DNA from: Priapulus caudatus
Lineage: Eukaryota
Length of the DNA: 62,827 bases
Assembly (NCBI RefSeq): GCF_000485595.1
Contig: NW_014577088.1
Span: forward strand, 514,988-577,814
Reading direction: 5' to 3'
Shown here: positions 51,801 through 62,827 of the stretch, piece by piece
How positions within the stretch are numbered: the stretch's first letter is position 1
How the letters are laid out: each line of letters opens with the position of its first letter
Notes under the pieces: generated by a model
The model's database searches: none
What the model was told of the DNA's origin: nothing
The model's input: the letters and a program-made list of their open reading frames with translations, nothing else
Translations under genes and position numbers: made by a program

Positions 51801-54331
51801 TTGTCGGTAACGTATCATAAATCTACCGGTTATAGCTACACTTTAATTTTTATCCGTGAATCCAACTTGGTGACGCAAGCATATCCTCGGGTTCATCCCT
51901 GCTTACCAAGATTCTAATTCAAACTCCTCGCAGTCAGGTATGTGCAGAGCTTGCGTCACATTCATGTGTACTTGCACAATCTAACCCATCTACTAAGTAA
52001 TGCGTTCCAAAAAACCCTGTATCTCGAAAATCCATAACGTGAATCATGTTTCCTGAATACCTGCCATATCAAATAATTATAATTACCTCCCCAGAGTTTT
52101 TTCGCCCTGCCGTTATTTTTTTTACCTCCCCAAAAGACAGTATTTGCCCCCGTTATTTATGTTGTTGTTATTTTTTTCTTCAACACATATGCAAAAATAC
52201 GACGATTCATGAATTTTTTTGACGGTTGTCTACGTCCAACAACCAATCGATAGATTTTGTGTGATCCGATCCAATCTGATCCAGTATTTTATAATTTATT
52301 ATTTTGTGCGAAAACTTCGGACCGCCATTCAAAAATCATAAAAAACATCATCTATTCTTCAATTTTTTAAATTTTATCAAACTCATATATTTGGTACCAG
52401 CAAAGATCGGGGGGCGACTTTACTCTGTGCCTGCTATCCGCTAATCGTCGAAAGGATCTGCGCTTATAGCGTTGGATCAACACACTCCTTTTCGCAACGT
52501 TCTCTAGTATCCGTCTCACTGGACGGTGTCTTGGCCAAGAACAATCGATTATATTTGGTCGGTGAATCAATCCAGATCTGGATCAAACATTTTTTGGAAG
52601 ATTCTCTCAGGGTCTAGTCTCCGTCTGCCTTGTCTGCCTGTCGTCTGTCTGTCTGCCTGGTTGTGTGTGTGTGTGTGTGTGTGTCTGTCTGTTTATCGGA
52701 CTATCTGCCTCTCTGTCTCGCCCCTCTATTTCGGGCTCCCTCTTTCTCATTCTGTCGCAATTAAACAAACGACCATGCACGTGCACGCGCATACACGCCT
52801 GCGCGCACGATCCCACACGCATGCACACAAGTATGCACGTACGCATGCTTACGCGCGCACACCGGGACATTATAGATATGTATGGGGTTTGTTTTGTATA
52901 TTGTTTTGTAATATATGGGTATACATTTAATATCGATCGAGGATAACCAATACATTCACTTTACCATAAATTGTACATTTGTACACGTCTAGACCTATCC
53001 TATGTAACAGAATAATGTAATAGTGAAACCAACGTTAGCGATAGTGTTAAATTATTGCAGTGTATTATCATAAAATAAACGGGCAAAATCTGAGCTCAAT
53101 TAATATAGAAACTTCTACAAACACGAGAAGTAATAATAAAACGCTACCAAATTAAGTACAAAGGCTCGTAATAATAACGAGTCTTCACTAATAATAAACA
53201 AGTGCACATGACGTCATGGTTGGCGCAAACAAGATGGCATTATCTTTCCATTGCTCCTCCGATAATTTCATACGTTTCGTGCATTAAGTTTCGAATTAGA
53301 CGCGTAGTTTACTTACATGGAGAGAAAGAAGCATGCAACGAAGCAACCGCCGAGGAGTTTTAGCCCAGTGGTTGGCAGGCGGTTCGAAAGACCAAATGGA
53401 AAAGTATGCCCGTTTAGTTACAGTTACTGAGTTAGTGTCTGTACACTGTACTGTGTACAGTGTGAGTGTAGCTGTGTACTCTCCTGTGTACTATGTAGCC
53501 TTGTAAGTTGTAATTGTCATGGCATTATTGACTTGGTCGCTACGTCGGTACTGTAGTCTGTGATTGTATTGTCGGTGCAATAACTAGGCATACATCTTTC
53601 GCAATGCAAACCGTATACGGTATAGACATCTACCATCTATACAGTCTAGCTTCTAGAATTACTACTAGTACTAGTACTAGTACTAGTACTACTACTACTA
53701 GATGTCTAGAGCCTGCATTACTCAATTTACTGGAGCCTGGAGGCCATAAGTTTATAACATTAACAGACATACATGTGTGTCACGCAAGTCTGAACTGTAG
53801 TTTAATCTGTAGGGTGTAACTGTATACTGTAGGGTGTAACTGTCTCAATCATACTTTAGAACACCCCAACCTATACATATGTCATCACCATATGCATATC
53901 ATCATCAGCATCATTGTGTATCATCACCAAGCATAACCCCACCCCTTTTAGCATTATATTAGTATTTATTACCTAAACCGAACTTGTTCCCAACCCATCA
54001 TCATGTTGTATGTATGCAGGTCATAATATTAGGTAGAATAGACACATCATTCTAAGTTATTAGCCTGCAAAGTGTGACATTAGGCTTAAAGCCTTAAACA
54101 CAGGAGTTAAAAAAAACTAGATGTTCACACAAGTTTTTTATGATGGACCATTATGTATCATGTAAATTTACAGACCTTAAAACGATCATTGCGAGAATTT
54201 TGCTCAGAAAAACTAAATATAGCTGAATATAGTCTCACCTGACAGCGAAAATATCACTGATTACACCAACATTCAAAACACCAATATTTTATGCAGTTAT
54301 AGCATAGAAAAATTGATTTGACCACATCATA

Positions 54332-54374
<43 letters not shown>

Positions 54375-54560
54375 AATTCCTTCCTGTCCGCTCACATTCC
54401 CCCATTCTCTCATATCTAATATATGTCTCGCAACGCCACCGAGTTAGATGCTATCCGGCGAGTTAGATGCTATCTTCAAAGTAATTTACACAGTAAAATA
54501 CTGTGTACTAATACTCTGCATTACGATAAGTCCAGCAAAAATTGATAGATTATTACCACT

Positions 54561-55626
54561 CACGGGCGCAACCACTGGGGGGGGGATACTTTTATGTGGA
54601 CCTCCCCAACTTCTGGAACACCTTATTTTCTGGTGAGGTCCAAAATAGTCCGATAAGCGTTTATTATCGTGAAACATCCATATTTCACAGGTGAAAGTTA
54701 AAATAAATAAAAACCCCAGGTGGTCAAGTGCAGTGTAATAACTGTGATTCAGATTCAGATATCTAAATAGAACCCTTGTTAATATCATTTAGATTCGACA
54801 GTTTCGACCTACATAGTACATGCAATCTCACGTGCATGGAACGAGCAAGACATTCACCACGCGTTCGCAAGCCAACTGTGTCTATATAGCTACGTATCTC
54901 CACACAAGCGGCGCGGCACCGTTCTGCTAATCGCTGCTAAAGCTGTTTAATCAAGTGGACACATTCCTGCGACTTCTGCTTACTATTCCCTGTAGCAGTG
55001 CAAAAGCAGAGAGAAGCTTTTCTGGTCTGCGTCGGCTGAAGACTTATCTTCGAAGCTCAATGGCCCAGGCAAGGCTCAACCACCTTGCTGTTTTGCACGT
55101 TCATCAAGACATGACAGATGGAATCGATATTGAAGCAATTGCAAAATATTTTGTTGGAAAGTGTGACTCAAGGAAGGTCACATTTGGTTTCTAACACTGT
55201 TCTCTGTTTTCACGTGTCAGACACTGTTTTGCATTATTATTTTCCTCTTCATCTTAATCATGCTAACTGTGGCACACAGTTAGCACAGTCTGTGTGTAGC
55301 TTTACTACTAGCTTAATCTAATTAATAAAACATTTTGGTATTTTATGTATACATGATCCTAGTAATGTCATTAATGACATCACTTGATGTCATTGATTGA
55401 TTGAATGATTGAATGATTTGATGCATTGATTGAATGATGAATGATGATGAATGAATGATGAATGATGAATTGATTGAATGATTGATTGATTGTCATTAAT
55501 GACATCACTTAATGCAACACTTCCATTAACACGCTGAAATACGTGATATTCGCTCGCCCGCAGATCACGTTGCTATTGGCTGCTTGAGACCCCCCCCCCA
55601 ACTTTCAACACGTGGTTGCGCCCTTG
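54561..55626 (+). mobile_element. Internally deleted hAT DNA transposon
   Basis: 15-bp TIRs (CACGGGCGCAACCAC / GTGGTTGCGCCCTTG), perfect 8-bp TSD TTACCACT, and the hAT C-terminal dimerization motif (TIPCSSAKAERSFSGLRRLKTYLRSSM..RLNHLAVL) at 54955-55194. Confidence 0.9.
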
Positions 55627-56571
55627 TTACCACTTTACTCGCGATACGTAAGGAAAACTCGCCTTCATGTAATTTTTCAAAAAAATGATTGGGATTTTTA
55701 ACTCAAAAACTGGCCGTGTCTAGTACTAAGTCGTAAATAAAATTTATGCACACGTAATGACTATGCCAGTTGACAACACGTCATGGTGGTTCGTCATTGT
55801 TAAGTACCGCTGTCGCATGAGTTTTATCTGTATCGTTTATATTGTTTTATTTCAGACGTAGTTGCCATAACTTGAATTTATTATACACAACGTTTAGATT
55901 TATCAATATGATTTAGTATTGGGTTGCCCGAGACCTAGCAGTATATACCTAATATTTATTTAAATGATTTCAATGCAAATAATGTTATATTCAGTTTGAA
56001 ACAAGCTTTATACATTGTTGATACATATATATACACGCACCGGTAGACATACGTGTAATAGACATACATGGTAATGTAAACATGCCCGCGTGTATTTGCA
56101 CATATACCGAGTGAACGCACGGAGCGCGGGCGCACGAGTACAGACAAATCTGGCAAGTTAGAAGTTACCCACCGGATTGCCCAGTTTTCTTATAGCATCA
56201 CAGCCACTCTGACTCTGTGCATGTGCACGAGTCTGAGCTCAGCCCAGTCCGCCCTGGAAAAATATCAGTTACTTGTCGGATAAAAAATCCATGTAAAAAT
56301 TTCACTTGATCGTCACCTGTAGCGCTGCACCAATCGCAGCAGTATTTGAAAACAACCGGCAAGGTGGAGGGCTGATTTATTTGTACATGTGATATATTAC
56401 AAAGTATCAGTAGTTATAGATATTGTAATTATATATTACTTAAAACGCGAAAGTTGCTATTATGAACCTTCAAATAAATAAAAAAGTGTATGGCACGTCT
56501 TTTGTACCCTATACTACTCGCAATGTTAGTTCACCACACCCCACACCTAGACTCTGTTGAGACGTTATGGC

Positions 56572-56849
56572 CAAGGGCATAGCCAGGAATTTGGATTGAG
56601 GAGGGGGGGGGTTCTCGGGCGAGTAACAAGGGTCTGAAATTTTTTTTTTAGTTAAATGTAAAAATAGTGCTTTAAAATCAATTTAAACACTGTTTTGTTG
56701 ACAAGACTATTTCCTCTGCAGCCCTACATCGAAACCTAACCCGACCATGCTGTGACTTTTTTGTTGTTGAAATGTTTGAAATTTTTTTTGGGATTTTGAT
56801 TTTGATTGGGGGTCCTAGGGCCCCCAGGACCCCCCTGGCTACGCGCTTG
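56572..56849. mobile_element. hAT-type MITE
   Basis: CAAGGGCATAGCCAGG / CCTGGCTACGCGCTTG imperfect TIRs; TSD GTTATGGC / GTTATAGC. Confidence 0.72.
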
Positions 56850-57334
56850 GTTATAGCCCCGGACTCGTGAAACGCTCTCTGGTGATACTCTCGCCCGCTG
56901 ACAATAGTGTTCCTTCCTCTCCCTCGATCCCAGTAACTACAATTCAAGAGACTTTTTTTTGCCTAACAGTGTTACCATGATACTGCATTGTACAATTAAT
57001 ATGTGTAACATTACATGTAACGTAAACATAACATGTAATATTGTTAACATGTTTAGTTGCATCGATAGTGTTGTTATTATAATGCATCTTTTAGTTGAGA
57101 GATTTTCCGTAGAAACGCATTTCTAATTATATAATACCAAGAGCGTATTAAGTACCTTCTTAATACGCTCTTGATAATACTATTAATAGCAGTCAATAAA
57201 AAAAAAACGTTTATCAAGTTAAGGATCTTCGTAATGTTTTTTTACTGGAACACATTACGTAACACGCCTACTTAGACTACCTTTTTGGATTTATTAGTAA
57301 GATAAGCCTCGTTCACACGAGACCTCGTATTTAT

Positions 57335-57503
57335 GAAATACGGTATTTGCGAAATACCGAATCTGAGACAAATACGCGGCCGAGTGTTCACACGCTGATT
57401 CGCGGCTCCAGAAATACGGTATTTGCGAAATACCGAATCTGAGACAAATACGCGGCCGAGTGTTCACACGCTGATTCGCGGCTCCAGAAATACGGTATTT
57501 GCG
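57335..57503. repeat. 76-bp tandem repeat (~2.2 copies)
   Basis: GAAATACGGTATTTGCG recurs at 57335, 57411 and 57487. Confidence 0.9.
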
Positions 57504-60500
57504 AGCTGCGAGCTGCTTTAAACACTCAAGCGAACAAGAATGCCGTGACCTGTTGTTGCTTGAGTAAACAGTAATTTGTTGAAATAACAGATTAAATCAT
57601 GTCTTGAGAACCGCATGCAAAGTACATGAAACCATTGCACGATTATCAATTTTGCGTTTCTCCTTGTTGATTCGCTGTCATGTCTCGCACACTTTCTCCG
57701 CGGTATCCGGCGAAACGTCAAGCAAGGGTGCAAGTAATGCAAAATCGCACCGGAACGATATTTTTGTCAGATGTAAACCACAGCGTAACACAAACAAGAG
57801 GTGTAACGTTTGTAACCTCATAAATATTAGTCTTCAAAAGTCCTAGGGACTATATAAACGAAACGGAAGAGAGAAGTGGATCAAATCGATGTATCAATTC
57901 ACTGCGGATTATCACACACAAATAGATGCCGCCTTTGTTTAATTATGTCGCGTTGTTTGAGACGGCCATTTGTGATTTTGAAAAGTCCTGACTCCGAAAA
58001 ATTTATTGCTGTATATGTGGTCAAAATCAACTTTTTCTATGCTATAAATGCATAAAATAATTGGTGTTTTGAATGTTCGTGTAATCAGTGATATTTCGCT
58101 GTCAGGGTGAGACTATACTTCAGCTATATTTAGTTTTTCTGAGCAAAATTCTCGCAATGATCGTTTAAGGTCTGTAAATTTACATGATACATAATGGTCT
58201 CATCATAACAAACTTGTGTGAACATCTAGTTTTTTTAACTCCTGTTTGTAAGGCTTTAAGCCTAATGTCACACTTTGCAGGCTAATAACTTAGAATGATG
58301 TGTCTATTCTATACACTCGTAATATGTATGACCTGCATACATACAACATGATGAGGGGTTGGAACAACGTTCGGTTTTAGGTAATAAATACATATAGAGT
58401 GCTAAAAGGGGTGGGGTTAATGCTTGGTGATGATACACAAGAGGCTGATGATGATATGCATAGGTGATCGACATATGTATATGGTTGGGGTGCTTCTAAA
58501 GTATGATTGCAGACAGTTACACCTACAGTAATACAGTTACACCCACAGATTAAACTACAGTTCCAGACCTGCGTGACACATCATGATGTCTGTTAATGTT
58601 ATAGAACTTATGGCCTCCAGCTCCAGTAAAATGAGTAATGCAGGCTCTAGACATCTAGTAGTAGTAGTATGTCTAGTACTGAGGGATACTGGTCGAAAAA
58701 TTTTATAGATAAAGGTATAAGCCCATAAATAGCACACTGGCATAGATCTCACCAGTAGATTAAAACAGTGATACTTGAATTGTTCATGATTGGTTTAATG
58801 GGTTTTAGGAGCTAATCGCGGATTTAGTGAACGTCGCTGGGGTTAATTTTCTCAGGCCGTTTCCGAGTGTGTGTTCTGAAAGCAGCCCGCGTAAAGATTT
58901 TGTTTGTTCAATTGCAAAGTAAATAAGTTCATACACCCATATCAACTTCGCTCGAGCTTGCAATAACGGATGATGATCTGCTTATATAACAATGACTATT
59001 AACTGCAACCTACGAGACTGCCTTCCGCATCTTTTATAGTATCGTAATAAATATGCTCCGTATCCCAGCCAATTTATGTTTTGTATCAGAGACGGCACCA
59101 GAACCCAAAAAATGTTTTGGTTGAGGCAATTCTCCTTTTGAGGTAAAATTAATTAGGGTGCTGCCTACCTACCACCCACTGAGAATTTATGTACTGGTAA
59201 GAAAACTGGCATCCTTTAGAGCATGTTTCTCAAAGAAAATTACATTTAAATGGCACGCAATTATTTTATATTCAGCAAATTTGGAGGAAATTGAAAAATT
59301 TTTTTGAAAGTCAAACTTTCGAGCTGCCCGTTTTCCGTAACAAAAAGTATTATTGTCTGGTTCAAATAAAACATAGTTTCACGCTCTAGATATAAAAAAT
59401 TTGGCATAGTAATTGGCCGGACACCATAGTATGTGAAATATGCTTGAGTAAAGTAATGTAAAGTGTGCAAGGGGAATTGTATATGGACATCAATTTTTGG
59501 GAAAAATGTAAAATTATCAAAAATCGAACAATGAATTAATGAAATAATTTCCTACTTATAAGCTTGCCAGAAATACAGCGCATACTATAGTGCATAGCAA
59601 ACACGTCCGTAGTATATATGTAGAGCAATTAACATGAAAATTGTATGAATCTAATTATATATGCAGAAACACCAAAGAACGCGGAGTAAATACAAAAAGT
59701 AGTTTGTCGTAAACAGTTTTGAACTGTGCAGTTCGAGACACACTTAATGGAGAGGCATCTAATAAAACGCGAGCCGTAATTGAAGTTTATTTTCTTTATT
59801 TAATTGCGCACAAGCACTAATAATGGAATTGATAGATATAATTATTAATTAAACTAATCAGCAACGAGTCCAGTCAAACTAGAAATTACACCACCTAGTT
59901 TCCAGTTGTTTACATTTTGAACCTCATATTCAGTCATGTTCGTTCAAATACAAACTCACGTGTATTACCAGACTAATATCAAACTAAATATAGGCTTCTA
60001 TCTTTGTGTAAATTCTGGATAAAATTGCAGAGAACATCTAAAATAATAATAAATACTGCGACAAGCTAACCACGTCTAACATCTGAAGTTAGGCCTTGCA
60101 TCATGCGGCTAGCTTTCTTGCCCGGTTTACCCAGCGTACGACTGTGGTACCCGTCGATTAGTTCCACAACGCTACACTACGTGTCAGTGGCAAACGGGTA
60201 CCAGTCTATTACCAACACTGGAAAAACGAGTGACACGCCATGTCCGTTCAGCCAATCAGCAAACAGCTTACACCCTTTAGATTCCCCTAGCTTGTAATGC
60301 CACGGTGATTGGTTTCCAAAAATCTTTTCAAGCGCAGTATAAGAACTCTTGTTTTTTCATTGGTATGATTTGACGTATCTAATATATGTTATCGTGACTG
60401 AATGAGGATTGCATATGTGGTGGTTTCTTTTTCCATTCGATGTCTGGAAATGTTGGTTTTCGAAGCGTTTGTTATTTAAAGAAATACAATATTTACACTA

Positions 60501-62827
60501 TTTATTGATGTAACTATTTTAACAGAAAAAGAAATCACCCTTTACAGATAAACAGTAAGGTATGTTTCCCTAGCATTAATTATAATTTATATTCAATAAC
60601 AAGTGATATTAATTGATTCTTATACGCCTAAAATCGGCTCAAAGTTTTGGTCCCGTTCTGATTTAAAATTGTCGGTTTTGCCTGGGCGCGCTTCATTTGC
60701 CAAGGTCGCTGCTAGCCCCGTTTCTAGCTTGTGTGCGTTTTTAGCACGATTCTTATCCAAAAACGGTTACGGTAAAAATTCTGAAAAATAAGTAACAATG
60801 AACGAGTTGAGCGCTTCTCACTTCAGACTACCAAGTTTGATTTAATAATCTGATATATATTTTTAAAAGTTACGTCATCTGAAAGTGCTACATTGACTCG
60901 ATTGAAATGATGTGTTGCTCAAAATATAGACAATATGGCGCGAGCGAATCGCATCGCTAAGCTAGTAACTAGTACTAGTACTAGTAGTAATTCTCAGAGC
61001 GAGACTGTATAGATGAGTAGTTCTATACCGGTATAACCCGGATTTGCATTGCGAAAGAGTATGCCTAGTTATTGCACCGACATACAACAAGACTACAGTC
61101 CCGGACGTAAGCGACCAAGTACAATAATCCATGACAATTACAACTTACAAGCACATAGTAGAAAAAAAAAAAAAAAAAAAATAAGAAAAAAAAAAAAAAA
61201 CACAGGAGTACACAGCTACATCTCAGACTGTAACAGTAACAGTGTACAGACACTAACGTCAGTAACTGTAACAAACGGGCATACTTTCCATTAGGTCTTC
61301 GAACCGCCTGCCAACCACTGGGCTAAAACTCCTCGCGGTTTTGCCTTCGTTGCATGCTTCTTCTCTCGCATGTAAGTAAACTAACGCGTCTAATCGAACT
61401 TAATGCACGAAAACGTAATGAAATTATCGGAGAGGGCAATTGGAAAGATAATGCCATCGTTGTTTCGCGCGACACCCATGACGTCATGTGCACTTCGTTT
61501 ATTATAGTGAAGACTCGTTATTTATTACGAGCCTTTGTACGTTAATTGGTCACGGTTTATTATTAGCTTCTCCGTGTTTGTAGAAGTTGCTATATTAATT
61601 GAGCTCCCAGATTTGCCGCCGTTTATTTTAGATAATACACTGCAATAATTAACACTATCGCTAACGTTGTTCACTATTACATTATTCTGTTCATAGGATA
61701 TATAGGTCTAACGTGTACAAATGTACAATTTATGGAAAGGAATGTAGCTGTTATCCTCGATCGATATCAAGTATACCCATATCTTACAAAACAAAATACA
61801 AAACAAAACAGCCATATCATATCTCCTAATGTCCCGGTGCGCGCGTAAGCATGCGTACGTGCGACCTTGTGTGCATGCGTGGTGGGATCGTGCGCGCAGG
61901 CGTGTATGTGCGTGCACGTGCATAAGGTCGTTTGTTTAATTGCGACAGAATGAGAACGAGGGAGCCCGAAATAGAGGGCGTAGACAGAAGAGCAGGATAT
62001 CCGATAAACAAAACAGACACACACACCCCACACACAGCACACACACACACCACACCACACCAGCACATCACAACACACATCACAACAGGCAGACAGACAG
62101 GACAGACAGCAAACAGGCAGACAGGCAGCCCAGACTGATGAGAATCCTTCAAAAAATTACGTTGATCCAGAATCTGGATTCGGATCACCACCAAATACTC
62201 TAATCGATTGTTCTTGGCCAAGACCAACCGTCCAATGAGACGGGGACTACTAGAGAAGCGTTGCTGAAAAGGAGGTGTTGATACCCAAGCGCATATAAGC
62301 GCAGATCCTGCGCGCAATTCCGCGACAAGCTGCACGCCGCCACAGCGTAACAGTCCCCCCCACCATCTTGCTGTACGCCCAATATAGAGTTGCATAACAT
62401 TTAAAAAAAATTGAAGAGAAAATAGATCAATGATTTGTATGAATTTTGAATGGGCGTCCGAAGTTGTCTCCACAAAAAAAATAAAAATATATAAAAAACC
62501 TGGATCCATATCTGGAATCCGGATCACCACCCAAAAATCTAATCGATTGGTCTGTTGGCTCAAGACGCCAACTCCGTCCAAAAACAAATTCAATACAAAA
62601 ATCCGTTCCGTATTATTTTTTACATATCGTGTTGACGACAAACCAATAAACAAACCAACAAAACAAACCTAACCAGGGGCGAAAACATACCCTCCTTGCG
62701 AGGTAAAAAACAAACGGACAGTGGGCGACAAACCTCGCTTGCGGAGTAAATTATAATAATTACTGATATGGTCAGTACAATTAGAAACACATGATTCACG
62801 TTATGGATTTTCGCGATACGAAGGCGT

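Larger units (their letters stand above)
52010..62827. repeat. Large inverted duplication: ~52010-54330 versus ~58010-58670 plus ~60960-62827
   Basis: For example 54181-54250 is the reverse complement of ~58085-58160, and 53220-53700 of ~60960-61480. The right arm carries an extra ~2.3 kb. Confidence 0.85.

Noticed and set aside
50979..51917. Ser/Leu- and Arg/Glu-rich ORFs
   Set aside because: Translations of a (CT)n tract.
61826..62653. 275-aa minus-strand ORF
   Set aside because: It lies in the inverted duplicate, and the frame is not preserved in the other arm.

Overview
Eukaryotic genomic DNA from an invertebrate (probably lophotrochozoan, inferred), rich in microsatellites and MITEs. 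It holds three spliced host genes: a 17-exon RasGRP on + (6741-23272), a 3-exon secreted calcitonin-like neuropeptide precursor on - (28747-29965) and ZNRD2/SSSCA1 on - (42167 to about 46400). The main find is a single ~10-kb insertion (30912-40949) bounded by a 4-bp target-site duplication (GTTG). On + it reads: a Ty3/Gypsy-type LTR with an 18-nt tRNA-Leu primer-binding site (PBS); an inverted gag-PR-RT segment that begins at its own PBS; a ~7.3-kb piece of a non-segmented negative-strand RNA virus genome; and the last 41 bp of the LTR. The viral piece has an apparently full-length but decayed Mononegavirales L gene (Borna/Nyami-like), a small upstream gene, the tail of a third gene and three intact gene-end signals. 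The layout looks like a fossil of reverse-transcriptase template switching between a retrotransposon and a viral antigenome, followed by integrase-type insertion. Two unrelated solo LTRs inserted later. The last ~16 kb holds hAT elements plus large direct and inverted duplications of error-rich sequence, partly probable assembly artefact. All similarity calls are from motif recognition, not database searches.
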